From positions 1 to 53,778 of IMG/VR virus record IMGVR_UViG_3300032373_000013: a stretch of DNA of 53,778 bases. One strand, 5' to 3'. The notes below the pieces were generated by a model, which was given only the letters and a program-made list of their open reading frames with translations, was not told the origin of the DNA and searched no databases. Source of the DNA: a virus (taxonomy: Duplodnaviria > Caudoviricetes). Shown here piece after piece: positions 1 to 9,390 of this stretch; position 1 is the stretch's first letter, and the number at the start of each line of letters is the position of its first letter. The position numbers and the translations under genes are program-made.

Positions 1-130
1 GAATGGCCAGCTCGAGAAGCTCGCGAACGGCTACGGCCGCAACGAGCCGAAGGACGCGATGGTCCACGTCTGGGTTGCGAGGCTCCGTGAGTCGCGTGTG
101 AAGCCCAAGGAGCTAGAGGCCGCCGCGGAC
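1..130. repeat. Terminal direct repeat (left copy); assembly overlap indicating a circular genome
   Basis: 1-130 equals 53649-53778 except position 4 (t vs c, AAT/AAC synonymous Asn). Confidence 0.97.
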
Positions 131-466
131 TACGTGCTCGACACACTCGATCGGTTCCCTAGCGTGGCGCAGCTCCTAGCCGCCGTGCAGGCCGTTCGCT
201 CCGCCTCTTTCGTGAAGCGCGAAGCCAAGCGCGACGAAGAGCGCAAGGAGTGGGAGATCGAAGAGCCGGAGCGCTACGAGGAGTGGCGCCAATGGTTCAA
301 GCGCCAGCACAACATCGGCGTTGAGACGCCCGAGAAGGTGCGCCGCTACGGGTTCGCGATCAAGCCGACCAAGTGGGCGCCGAGCATCGTGCGCGACATC
401 ACCGCGCCCTCCTGCCAACCCGAACTTGAACTCACCCGAGGTGGCGGACCGCGCCGCGCTTTCTAA
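1..466 (+). CDS. 3' part of a 170-aa ORF spanning the circular junction (starts 53602); putative helicase-loader-like replication accessory protein
   Basis: The frame is continuous across the overlap. It follows the initiator by a TGATG overlap and has a short helical FPSVAQLL motif typical of genes at this position. Function is inferred from synteny. Confidence 0.55.
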   Translation, partial: NGQLEKLANGYGRNEPKDAMVHVWVARLRESRVKPKELEAAADYVLDTLDRFPSVAQLLAAVQAVRSASFVKREAKRDEERKEWEIEEPERYEEWRQWFKRQHNIGVETPEKVRRYGFAIKPTKWAPSIVRDITAPSCQPELELTRGGGPRRAF

Positions 467-481
467 CCACAACCCAAACCC

Positions 482-715
482 ATGCAGAGCGAACGCAAAC
501 ACCACCCCGCCATCGCCCACGTCCTCAGCTTCTTCGCCTACGAGCATCTACCCGATCGCCTTCAGCAGATCAGCGCGCCATTCGGTGAGCTCGCGCACGA
601 CTGCGCAGATCGAGCGCCTCAATCAGCAGAGACGACCGTGGCACTGCGCAAGCTCCTCGAAGCGAAGGACGCGGCCGTGCGTGCGGCGTTGACTGTCAGT
701 GGGGGTGCAGCGTGA
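482..715 (+). CDS. Small conserved phage helical-hairpin protein (FFAYEHLP...ALRKLLEAKDAAVRA), possibly Acb2/Tad1-like
   Basis: 77 aa with a recognisable widespread phage motif; the sponge-like function is inference only. Confidence 0.6.
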   Translation: MQSERKHHPAIAHVLSFFAYEHLPDRLQQISAPFGELAHDCADRAPQSAETTVALRKLLEAKDAAVRAALTVSGGAA

Positions 716-1242
716 AGCTCGTTCAAGGCGAAGGCTCCCCGACCACCGGCGCGTGCTGGATGTCTGTGATCCAGTACTACCAATCCGGATGCGATCCGAA
801 GGCATGGAGCGACCAACCTGAATGCGTTGACCCCGTTATCCGAGCCCTCGCGATCAGGCTGAACGACGCATGCAGGAGCGACGCGGAGCGCGAGGCCCTC
901 ATCGGCCCATACTTGTTCGATCCACTCGGGACGAACGAAGGTGAGGGGCTATCACGCCGCCGGGCATTCCGGTGCGCGGATCAAGCCTGTCGGGTATGGG
1001 CGCCAAGGGCACTGCGTAGAGCGGGGCGTGAGAGTGACGCGGTGCAACTAGAGGAGCTAGACGCGGTGGTTGATCGCAAGACTGCGCGAGCCGCCGCCCA
1101 CGCCTACTGCGCTGCCAACGCCGCCGCCTACGCCAGGAAGGACCTCCGCGACTTCATCGTCGAACTCTGCGCGATGTCCGAACGTCCCGAACTCGATGAG
1201 ATGCGTAAGGCGCAGACGCTGAGGGAGGCGTGCAAGGTATGA
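712..1242 (+). CDS. Conserved phage hypothetical protein
   Basis: GTGA overlap with the upstream gene; GACWM...SDQPECVDPVIR...RLND motif. Confidence 0.7.
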   Translation: MKLVQGEGSPTTGACWMSVIQYYQSGCDPKAWSDQPECVDPVIRALAIRLNDACRSDAEREALIGPYLFDPLGTNEGEGLSRRRAFRCADQACRVWAPRALRRAGRESDAVQLEELDAVVDRKTARAAAHAYCAANAAAYARKDLRDFIVELCAMSERPELDEMRKAQTLREACKV

Positions 1243-1772
1243 GCGACGAATTCGAAGTCGGCGACGTCGTGCGGCTCAAGAGCGGGGGTGATTCGTGGAC
1301 GATCAACTGTGTAGGTAGCGTCCGCGTCCGCGTCGTGCGAATAGTGGCAGGGAGGTGCGAGCGCGACTGCCTCCCGACAGAGTGCTTCGATCTTGTGGAG
1401 CCCGACGAGGGTCCGCAGCCCGGAGGTGGCGTACACAACGAAGCGAACTGCACGTACGCCGAGGGAAGCGAGCATTACGGCGACACCACCAACGCGCCGA
1501 ACACTCAACGCATCGGCGTCACAGCGAACTACCGCACCGTGGAGAAGTGGGACGGTAGGAACGGATCACTCACCGTTCCGCGCAACGGGGTCGCTGAAGA
1601 GGTCGTGACGCGGGGAGAGTTGTCGTACGCGCTCGATACGACGATTCGGATTGCACCGAGGGTCGATAGCCACACGTGGCAAGAGCATCACATCAGATGC
1701 CATCGCGCGATGATCGACCGTCTGGATCGCGGCGAGGACGCACGCGGTGCGGAGGTGAGCGATGGAGATTGA
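1239..1772 (+). CDS. YodC/DUF2158-like N-terminal domain protein
   Basis: ATGA overlap; FEVGDVVRLKSGG motif. Confidence 0.6.
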   Translation: MSDEFEVGDVVRLKSGGDSWTINCVGSVRVRVVRIVAGRCERDCLPTECFDLVEPDEGPQPGGGVHNEANCTYAEGSEHYGDTTNAPNTQRIGVTANYRTVEKWDGRNGSLTVPRNGVAEEVVTRGELSYALDTTIRIAPRVDSHTWQEHHIRCHRAMIDRLDRGEDARGAEVSDGD

Positions 1773-1983
1773 ACCAGAGGAGATTGAACCAGAGGAGATC
1801 CACAGGCTCCGTGTGTTACTCGAGCGTGATCGCGGGGAGTCTCCTTGCCCGCATGTCGATCTAAGGCCGCACACTTCCGCTGACGGCTTCAGGCGATGGC
1901 TCTGTATGAGGTGCGATACGCAGGTAGGCCCGGCGATTAGTGATCTCTCAGGCGCTGAGCGAGCGTTGGAGGATCAACCGTGA
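1762..1983 (+). CDS. Small Cys/His hypothetical protein
   Basis: GGAGG upstream; CPH...CMRC; overlaps both neighbours. Confidence 0.6.
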   Translation: MEIEPEEIEPEEIHRLRVLLERDRGESPCPHVDLRPHTSADGFRRWLCMRCDTQVGPAISDLSGAERALEDQP

Positions 1984-2525
1984 TCGTCCTCGGAGTAGAC
2001 CCCGGAACAGACGGCGGCCTAGCGCTCACCGACGCGCACGGACATGTATCAATCCGTCCAATGCCCATGATCGGCAAGGTCGTGGATATCCGCGAGATCG
2101 CACGCTGGATCGACGAAGGGGGATCGCTCAGCCTCGCCGTTCTCGAAGAGCCGCAGATGCGACCACGTGAGCTGGCAGCGGCTGTCTCAACGACACAGCG
2201 AAACTTCGGTCGCATCGAGGGGGCGTTGATGCTCCGCTCCGTCCCGATCGAGATCGTGCAGCCGAAGGACTGGCAGCGCGAACTCGGGCTCGCGATCACG
2301 AAGCCCAAGAAGCTCGAGGATTCAAAGGCGCAAGCCGCTCAGGACCGACGGCATCGCAAGAAGATCAAAGACGGCGTCGCCGCATGGTGTGCGCGTACGT
2401 TCCCCAACGCGAAGATCCGCCCAGAGTCAGGCAAGGGGTCGCAGGGCTATCACGACGGGATGACTGACGCTCTAGCGATCGCAGAGTACGGACGGCGCCT
2501 CTTGGCGCAGAGAGGTGCGGCGTGA
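1980..2525 (+). CDS. RuvC-like Holliday junction resolvase
   Basis: IVLGVDPGTDGGLA, LEEP, FGRIEGAL, PKDWQ and DALAIA motifs. Confidence 0.85.
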   Translation: MIVLGVDPGTDGGLALTDAHGHVSIRPMPMIGKVVDIREIARWIDEGGSLSLAVLEEPQMRPRELAAAVSTTQRNFGRIEGALMLRSVPIEIVQPKDWQRELGLAITKPKKLEDSKAQAAQDRRHRKKIKDGVAAWCARTFPNAKIRPESGKGSQGYHDGMTDALAIAEYGRRLLAQRGAA

Positions 2526-2923
2526 ATGACGACGAAAGGGAACGGCGGGTGAACGTCCTTCGAAAGGTATGGCCCGAGCACGATCTCAACCCGGATTGCG
2601 CCGACCCGCTCGTGCGCTTCGATGTGTGCGGCATCCTCGGTCTCTGCGGGTGCGGGAATCCGGAGGGGGTTGCGCGGCTTCTACTCCGAATCCTCAAGTC
2701 GGCACAGGTCGGCGAAGAGACATGGTTCGACCTGTCTGATGAGTGGAGGGCAGTAGGCGGATTAGGTGAATTCGACCCGCTTTTAGAGCTGTCCTTCCAC
2801 TGGATCGAAGACCACGGTTGGGTAGACCACGGATCGGTCATATACGGGTCGTGGATCAATGAACGCGGACAAGCGGCTGTGTGCGCGCTGGAGTTGCTGC
2901 TGGAGAACTTCGATGAGGAATGA
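2522..2923 (+). CDS. Conserved phage hypothetical protein
   Basis: CGCGNPE and HGSVIYGSWINERG motifs; GTGA overlap. Confidence 0.7.
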   Translation: MNDDERERRVNVLRKVWPEHDLNPDCADPLVRFDVCGILGLCGCGNPEGVARLLLRILKSAQVGEETWFDLSDEWRAVGGLGEFDPLLELSFHWIEDHGWVDHGSVIYGSWINERGQAAVCALELLLENFDEE

Positions 2924-3122
2924 CGACGAATGGGTGTTCATCGAGGAGGTGAGTGAGATTCCCGATGAAGCGATCAAGGCGCTGTCGGACCATCTACGGG
3001 CGTCACCGACCAGCCTCCATCACGGCCCGATGGTCGCGCACGAGGACGGATCGTCCTCACGAACGATCTACATGAACGGAGTCGCGTGCGGCGTGTCGTT
3101 CGAGGGGGGGGCGGGGCGATGA
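2913..3122 (+). CDS. Hypothetical protein
   Basis: Tightly packed in the operon; in-frame ATG at 2913. Confidence 0.5.
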   Translation: MRNDDEWVFIEEVSEIPDEAIKALSDHLRASPTSLHHGPMVAHEDGSSSRTIYMNGVACGVSFEGGAGR

Positions 3123-3391
3123 GTGAGATCAAACCCCGCGAAGGTCCGTGCCGTAACCGTGAAGGTCTCTTCCTTGAGATCCTCGCCGTCGGCTTCGGTA
3201 TGACGGACTTCGACGCACCCATCGGCGACAAGGATTGGCAGCGGCACAAGTGCCTCCGAGCCCTACGTAAAGTCGAAGCCCTCTGGCGCTATGACGCCAA
3301 GGTCCATAGCGACACTATCCGTGATGCGTTGAAGCGCAAGAAAGCCCGCGAAGAGGGGGAGAGCGGGAAAGTACGGGACAGCGCGCAGTGA
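3119..3391 (+). CDS. Hypothetical protein
   Basis: ATGA overlap at 3119; last gene before an AT-rich gap. Confidence 0.55.
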   Translation: MSEIKPREGPCRNREGLFLEILAVGFGMTDFDAPIGDKDWQRHKCLRALRKVEALWRYDAKVHSDTIRDALKRKKAREEGESGKVRDSAQ

Positions 3392-3492
3392 CATTTTTTA
3401 CGAGAAATATCTTGCGCTAGGAGCCAACCTCCACCCGTACACCCCGCTTCGCGTCAGCGGCGGGGCTTGCGACGGACGGAGGACGAAGCCCC

Positions 3493-4101
3493 TTGCGACG
3501 AGTATTGATCATAGCGGCGCTCGCTGCACCGCTTGCACTCAGTGGGTGCGAAGCGGTCGAGCGAGATTACGCGCAAGCAGTTGAGCGCGAGCAGCGGGCC
3601 GAACAGGTCATCGAGGACGTCCTGCTCCTCCCGGACGGGACGCCAGGTCGTGCGGCGCTCATCGCGGACGCACGCGAGGCAGAGGCCGAGGCGGAAGCTC
3701 TCCGGAAGCGCATCGCAGCGGTACGGCGAGACGCGCTCACGGATGCAGCGATCGACGGCGTTGGTGATGCGGCGCGCGGGGATTGGCTTGGACTCATTGA
3801 GGGGCTCGGCGCTCTCGTCGTAGCAGCCGGTACGTATGCGCTCGCACGGAAGTCGGGCAAGAGCGAGTTGGATGCACGGCTCACTGAACTCGAGCGGCGT
3901 CGAGATGAGTCGCGCGAGATGCAGGACATCGCCCCGGCGTACATGCGCAGCGGGAAGCAAGTCCAGAGCCCCGTTGCACGCGCTGCGGCGCGAGAAGAGG
4001 ACGCGCGTCTCGAAGCCGCGATTGATCGACGCATGGGCGTGATGCCTACCGCGGCGAGCTACGGGATCGCGCTGCCGCCGGATGGAGTGGCGAGCAACTG
4101 A
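3493..4101 (+). CDS. Lipoprotein with coiled coil and internal TM helix; candidate unimolecular spanin
   Basis: GGAGGA RBS; MRRVLIIAALAAPLALSG|C lipobox; hydrophobic WLGLIEGLGALVVAAGTYALA. Confidence 0.6.
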   Translation: MRRVLIIAALAAPLALSGCEAVERDYAQAVEREQRAEQVIEDVLLLPDGTPGRAALIADAREAEAEAEALRKRIAAVRRDALTDAAIDGVGDAARGDWLGLIEGLGALVVAAGTYALARKSGKSELDARLTELERRRDESREMQDIAPAYMRSGKQVQSPVARAAAREEDARLEAAIDRRMGVMPTAASYGIALPPDGVASN

Positions 4102-4475
4102 TGGAGGCGGGCATCACTCACCCCAACGGCTGCATGTGTGAAGGATGCGTGCGGGCACGGCGCGAGGGCGTCGATCTAGATGAACGCACTCCCGCGGAAG
4201 CGGAGCGCCTGGCGGGCTGCCCAGCGGCGAACGGGGGCGGATGCTTCTGCACCGGAGCTTGCCGAGGCGAGCGATCACGTCCTCGGGCGTACGGGGTGGA
4301 CTTCGGCAGCACGCCGAGCGTGGGCGTCAAGTGGTACTACACCAACGGGCACGGATTCTGGGACGTGCTTCGAAGGCGCTCCAGTGAGTTCGGGCGCGAC
4401 CTCTATGAAGCGTTGCCTCCCTCCGAGCGACAACCGAGCTACTGGCACGACCGCGCTGCATCGGGGGGCGCCTAA
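4101..4475 (+). CDS. Cys-rich hypothetical protein
   Basis: TGATG coupling; HPNGCMCEGC and GCFCTGAC. Confidence 0.55.
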   Translation: MEAGITHPNGCMCEGCVRARREGVDLDERTPAEAERLAGCPAANGGGCFCTGACRGERSRPRAYGVDFGSTPSVGVKWYYTNGHGFWDVLRRRSSEFGRDLYEALPPSERQPSYWHDRAASGGA

Positions 4476-4478
4476 CGT

Positions 4479-5009
4479 GTGGGTTCCGAAGCCGCTATTT
4501 CAGGTCCGGGCTGGCGTGCATGGGCTGAAGAGAAGCTCGCCGACGGCTTCGACCTCATGCGGGTCTGGAAGCAGCTCGAAACGGACGTCCTCGCAGGGCA
4601 ACCCGTGTTCGACCGGGACGGAAACCAGATCGGACGAAAGCCCGACGCCGCGCTGTACTCGCTCTGGGCGCGGCTGCGCCTCGGGCGCAACGGAACGATG
4701 CCCCTCCCGATCCTCTGCAAGCTCGACCGAGAGCTTCTGGAGAGCGTTGAGGGGTGCTTGGAAGGCGTCATGCTCGTGGCTGAGGCAGAGATGTCTGGAG
4801 CGATCACCGCAGACCAGGCGGACGCGATGCGCAAGACGATCGACCTTGCCCTTCGAGCTCACAACGCACAGAAGGGTGAACGTCTGATGGACGTCCTCAT
4901 GGAAGGCGGCGCGCGGCCCATCTACACCGAAGCGACGATGTCACCCGAAGAGGCTGGCGCGTACGTGGCGGAGCAGATGCGGGCACGGGAGGAGAACGAT
5001 GGCGAGTAA
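4479..5009 (+). CDS. Putative terminase small subunit-like protein
   Basis: Helical 176 aa at the head of the virion operon with a GAITADQA motif; no better terS candidate. Inference. Confidence 0.4.
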   Translation: MGSEAAISGPGWRAWAEEKLADGFDLMRVWKQLETDVLAGQPVFDRDGNQIGRKPDAALYSLWARLRLGRNGTMPLPILCKLDRELLESVEGCLEGVMLVAEAEMSGAITADQADAMRKTIDLALRAHNAQKGERLMDVLMEGGARPIYTEATMSPEEAGAYVAEQMRAREENDGE

Positions 5010-5517
5010 CGCCGACGTCTTCTGGAGCGCGTGGATTCGCGAACGTCCCGGTACGTCCCGCAACGCCGAGGTGCGACGATGCCGTACGTGCCACGAGCCT
5101 GTGCGGAAGTCTTCCCCGGCAGCACTACAGAGTTCGTCCGGCTTCGGGCACGACGCCGATTGCTACAGCTTCGACTACGCGACGGGGCTCGGACTCCCGG
5201 ACCTCCCGACGCCGCCTGGCAACGCGCTGCGTGCGGATGTCTTCTGGCGATCCTTCGTCGACGACCTTGGCGATGAACGCGCCCTGAACGGTATCTGCCG
5301 CGTCTGCGAGGGCGTGGTGCGGTACGCAGAGCCGCTCGAAGACCGCGATACGGGAGACGCGTCCGCGTTCGGGCACGACCCCGACTGTCGCACGCTCACG
5401 TTTGCATCCACGCTCGGGCTCGGTGGTGAGCCTGGCGTTAGCCTCGTCAATCTTGGACGCGCCGACATCACGCTCGCGCGATCCGACATCACGCTAGCGA
5501 CGTTGGTCGCGTCCTGA
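4999..5517 (+). CDS. Protein with two tandem CxxC...HDxDC domains
   Basis: ADVFW...CRxC..VR...FGHDxDC...LGL occurs twice; GGAG RBS. Confidence 0.75.
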   Translation: MASNADVFWSAWIRERPGTSRNAEVRRCRTCHEPVRKSSPAALQSSSGFGHDADCYSFDYATGLGLPDLPTPPGNALRADVFWRSFVDDLGDERALNGICRVCEGVVRYAEPLEDRDTGDASAFGHDPDCRTLTFASTLGLGGEPGVSLVNLGRADITLARSDITLATLVAS

Positions 5518-5518
5518 G

Positions 5519-7822
5519 ATGGCATTCGAGACGTTCGACGCTGCGGACAACCTCCCCGCAGTTGAAACCAAGCTAGATACGAACGCTGCGAAGTCGCAGG
5601 CGCTCCTAAATGGCGTCGGCATCCCGGAGGACGGGACGACTATCGGGACGCTGGCGGGCACGACTGGCGATCTCGCATCGGGTGACACGGTCAAAGAGGG
5701 GCTCGAGAAGACTCACGCGAAGGCTAATGCGGCAATCGCGGGCGAGAAACTCCGCCACGACTCAGACAGCGCCAACCGCGCAAGCCGCGACCTCGGGCAG
5801 GACGTGGACCTCGACGGGCTCACTGACGGCACCGTGGGCACTACTTTCATGCCAGCGGGCGGAACGAACGTCGCGCAGTACCCGCAGGGGAACACGCTCT
5901 ACGAAGTGGACGTGCGGCGATCGGGTGACGTCACTGGCAGTGCGTTCAACGAAGGCGATCTCCTCACCTACACGCTCACCGCCGAGGTTGGCGGCGAGGC
6001 ATACCGTTGGGTGGCAACCGATCTGTCGGGAGGCGGGCGCTCCGATTGGTCGCAGCTCGCCCCCGTGGAGACGATGACCGGCGCAGACGCGAATCGCACG
6101 CTGATCACGCTCGCGAACGATGCAGACTGGCTCGGGTCGATCGCCTCGGGCCACTACCAGGTCACGTACACAGCAGCGAACGCGAACGGCTCAACGATGC
6201 CAGTGCCGTCGCTCACCGAGGCGCGGACGTGGCAGTTCACAATCTTCTACGCGACATCCACGACTGGTTGGGTGATCGCCACGGCAGCGTTCGACCTCGA
6301 CGGGCTCGGCACGAAGCCGCACCGCTACGCCGCGGCGCTCACTCGCTCCGGCGGTGACTGGGCTGCGCCGACGTGGGTGGGCCTCACTGCGGAGGACGTC
6401 GCGGATCGGACGATTAGGCCGAACCAACTCCTCGGCGGTGACTGGACGCTGACGCAGCCCACAGAGGTCACCGCGTCGTTCCTCGGGCTGCCACGGAAAA
6501 CCGCCATGGGGTATGCGTGCACGACGAGCGCGCTCCTGAATCAGCCGACCGTCGCGGCGGGCACTTATTACTGCGACATCGTCAATGGCGACGACGCGAC
6601 GGGTGACGGATCGGACCCCGACACTCCGTACAAAACGCCCCTTGCCGCGCTCGTGGATAACGCCGACTGCGGGACGCTCTATATCGCGCCTGGGCATTAC
6701 GGCTACCCCGAAGGGATCACGAAGGCCGTGGATGACGAGGACGCGGCGGGCGCTTTCGGCTCCTCGCCCATCAGCGCGTTGAAGGTCCTCGCCTGGCAGA
6801 ACCGTCCGGGTGAGGTAATCCTCTCTACGAGCCACTGGAAGCAAGCGGACTGGGTGAAGACGTCCGGTCGAACGTTCGTCTATGAACGCGAGCCGCAGTT
6901 CGCGGCCGACTCAGGCCAGTTCAACGGCGTTGTGGACCTGAACCATCGGGACGGGAACGGTGGGTTCCTGAAGTACGCCGAGGTGGGCTCTATTGGCGAG
7001 GTTGACGATCAGCCCGGCACGTACTTCTGCGACTACACAGATCCGCCCACGAGCGGTACGGGCATCTGCTATGTGCACACCCCGACCGGCGTAGCTCCCA
7101 CGATCGGGAACGGCGACGAGTACGAGCGCATTCTCGGCCTGCGCGGCACACGTGCGCTCGGTGACTCGACGGGAACGAAGGTCATCGACTGGTTCGTGGA
7201 CGGGATGACACTCATCGGTGGAAGCGGCGGTTTCGACTTCAAAAACACCTCCGGCACGCTGGATGGAGTCATCGTGATCCGCCGCACTCGGGCCGTGAAC
7301 TGCGGGTCAGCAGGCTTCAAGATCGAGGGAGCGTTGCCGTCGCTACTGGAGGACTGCGAGGCGCTGAACAACGACGCGGACGGCTTCCAATACTTCGACG
7401 AAGGCGACGCGGGAACGACAGTGACGGAGCTTCGTTGCCGTGGTCTCTGGAACCGAGGCTCTCAGCTCACTACGGGCAACGGCTCGAGTGCTCACGACGA
7501 TGCGCGTGTACTCCGCATCAACGGTGAGTACGCGCATAATACAGGACCACAGATCGCAGATATCAACGATGCGCAGTCGTGGAACGTTGGCTGCATCGTG
7601 GGCCCGGCCGCAGCGGACGACATCTTGGCGAACAACCACGCCGGGATCTTCGTGAACGACGACGCGGTGATGTCCTGTGTGGACTGCATTGCGCAGGGCA
7701 GCTACCGAGACATTGCGGTCGTGGACGCGAACGCACGCATCTACGTCGATGCCTCGACGATCTACACGACTTGGTACGACGACGGCGACGCCGATCGGAT
7801 CCAGGCGTACGTGCAGACCTGA
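5519..7822 (+). CDS. Virion fibre/spike with C-terminal right-handed beta-helix (pectin-lyase-like)
   Basis: GDDATGDGS..TPYKT...LYIAPGHY beta-helix cap followed by N/G/D-rich rungs (NNDADGF, NGSSAH). Confidence 0.7.
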   Translation: MAFETFDAADNLPAVETKLDTNAAKSQALLNGVGIPEDGTTIGTLAGTTGDLASGDTVKEGLEKTHAKANAAIAGEKLRHDSDSANRASRDLGQDVDLDGLTDGTVGTTFMPAGGTNVAQYPQGNTLYEVDVRRSGDVTGSAFNEGDLLTYTLTAEVGGEAYRWVATDLSGGGRSDWSQLAPVETMTGADANRTLITLANDADWLGSIASGHYQVTYTAANANGSTMPVPSLTEARTWQFTIFYATSTTGWVIATAAFDLDGLGTKPHRYAAALTRSGGDWAAPTWVGLTAEDVADRTIRPNQLLGGDWTLTQPTEVTASFLGLPRKTAMGYACTTSALLNQPTVAAGTYYCDIVNGDDATGDGSDPDTPYKTPLAALVDNADCGTLYIAPGHYGYPEGITKAVDDEDAAGAFGSSPISALKVLAWQNRPGEVILSTSHWKQADWVKTSGRTFVYEREPQFAADSGQFNGVVDLNHRDGNGGFLKYAEVGSIGEVDDQPGTYFCDYTDPPTSGTGICYVHTPTGVAPTIGNGDEYERILGLRGTRALGDSTGTKVIDWFVDGMTLIGGSGGFDFKNTSGTLDGVIVIRRTRAVNCGSAGFKIEGALPSLLEDCEALNNDADGFQYFDEGDAGTTVTELRCRGLWNRGSQLTTGNGSSAHDDARVLRINGEYAHNTGPQIADINDAQSWNVGCIVGPAAADDILANNHAGIFVNDDAVMSCVDCIAQGSYRDIAVVDANARIYVDASTIYTTWYDDGDADRIQAYVQT

Positions 7823-7842
7823 CCGACGGGATTCAGCGCAAC

Positions 7843-9387
7843 ATGAGCATGACAAACGATCCGACGGTAGCGGCGCAACGATGGCAGGCGTACGCGGAGA
7901 AGATGGAGGCAGAGCTGAAAGCGGCTCGTCTCGACATCGCAGCGACAGGGGTGGACCTCCTCGCAATGACGACGGCGCGAGACGGCTACGCCCAGACCGT
8001 GCAGCGCCAGCAGGATCAGGTCACTGCGCTCCAGCTACAGGTCCGCGAGTACGAAGCTCGCGTCGATCGCCTGTCCGCGGAATTGGAAGACACGACGGCG
8101 CGGCTCGGGACGCTACAGGCGGCCAATGCTGCGCTACAGACGGAAGTAGATCGCTGGCGTGCAGCCGCGGGCGGGAAAGTGCCTGTCGATCCGGAGCCGG
8201 ACCCCCAGCCGGACCCGGAGCCCGATCCCGACCCGCGGCCACGCCCTGATCCCGGCGGAGATGAGCCGTGGACGTTCGCGTGGTTCGGCAAGTCGGCTGC
8301 GGAGAAGAAGAACGCGCGGCCTCCGGGCTGGGTGGACCAGGAGCGTCCGACGCAGACGAGCGGCTACATCGCAGTCCCGAGTGGCTCCGACATCGACCTT
8401 CGGGACATCGCGTTCGAGCTGCCGACGTACACGCAGAAGGCGATCTCTAACGGCGCTAAGGCGAACGCTGATCACCCCAACGTCAAGTCGTACCTGGAGA
8501 ACCTCTGGATCACAGAAGGTCACGACGGGCTGAAGTGGCTCTCGCGGAAGTACAACCTGAGCGAGTCGGTGATCCGCAACACGGTCGTGATCGGCCGCAT
8601 GACGGAACGCGGTCGGGTGTCTCCGATGGAGCACGACCACTACGACTGCATCCACGGATCAACGCTCGTGGAGGGCAAGTTCGCAAGCGGCCTCGGCGGC
8701 AAGGGTGGGTGCTACTTCGCGTACCGCCCGCTCCCGGCCAAGGGATACCCGGCGCAGAACCTCGAATACACCGAGCGGCCCGAGCACATCGCACGCGGGA
8801 ACGTGGTGATTGACTGCGAGATGGACGCTACGCGCGGGTCGTACTCGTTCAGCTACTTCGACTCGGGCTCGCACGAGTACCCGAGCACGATCTACATGGA
8901 CGACAACGTCATCGTCTCCGAGTGGGACGTTGAGCGCCCGCAAGGTACGAACGACTACCGCGATCCAGGCACGTACCCGGCATCGAAGGGTGCCGTCCGC
9001 ACGTGTGGAGCGTTCATGGCAAGCAACTTCGTCGTGCTAGGCCGCGACGTGCACACGCTCGAGCGCTTCACGATGGTCGATCACTTGATCCACCTGACGC
9101 AGGGGCGGCATCTGATCGGCGGAGTGCGCGACGCGAAGCACGTTGAGTTCCGCGGCTCGGTTGTGGAGACGACCGATCACCTGAACCCGAACATCGACAT
9201 CAACGGTCGGGACGCCTACGCGCGCGGGATGACCCCGCCGGAGTCGGTGACGATCACGAACTGCCTCTCGAACGGCGCGAACCTTCGCGTGTGGGAGGCG
9301 GATGGTACGCCGGTCGTTCAGCCGATCCACACGCCCGGCAAGAGCTACATCTACACCCGCGCGACGCGCCGGTTCATGGAGGTCTGA
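7843..9387 (+). CDS. Virion protein: coiled coil, (PD/PE)n linker, beta-rich C-terminal domain
   Basis: Likely start ATG 7843 just after the upstream stop; heptad region then PVDPEPDPQPDPEPDPDP. Confidence 0.7.
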   Translation: MSMTNDPTVAAQRWQAYAEKMEAELKAARLDIAATGVDLLAMTTARDGYAQTVQRQQDQVTALQLQVREYEARVDRLSAELEDTTARLGTLQAANAALQTEVDRWRAAAGGKVPVDPEPDPQPDPEPDPDPRPRPDPGGDEPWTFAWFGKSAAEKKNARPPGWVDQERPTQTSGYIAVPSGSDIDLRDIAFELPTYTQKAISNGAKANADHPNVKSYLENLWITEGHDGLKWLSRKYNLSESVIRNTVVIGRMTERGRVSPMEHDHYDCIHGSTLVEGKFASGLGGKGGCYFAYRPLPAKGYPAQNLEYTERPEHIARGNVVIDCEMDATRGSYSFSYFDSGSHEYPSTIYMDDNVIVSEWDVERPQGTNDYRDPGTYPASKGAVRTCGAFMASNFVVLGRDVHTLERFTMVDHLIHLTQGRHLIGGVRDAKHVEFRGSVVETTDHLNPNIDINGRDAYARGMTPPESVTITNCLSNGANLRVWEADGTPVVQPIHTPGKSYIYTRATRRFMEV

Positions 9388-9390
9388 ACG

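Noticed and set aside
1-130. Biological terminal repeat of the virion DNA
   Set aside because: It falls mid-gene and its length is close to a common assembler k-mer, so it is most likely a circular assembly overlap.
1765-1799. 15-bp tandem duplication (EIEPE twice)
   Set aside because: A simple in-frame slippage with no further structure.
3392-3492. AT-rich gap as a late promoter
   Set aside because: The position is plausible but I found no convincing -35/-10 pair.
7579-7842. Upstream extensions of long ORFs in the track (7579, 14541, 21364, 34974, 36627, 41093)
   Set aside because: They overlap well-supported neighbours; coupled downstream starts were chosen instead.
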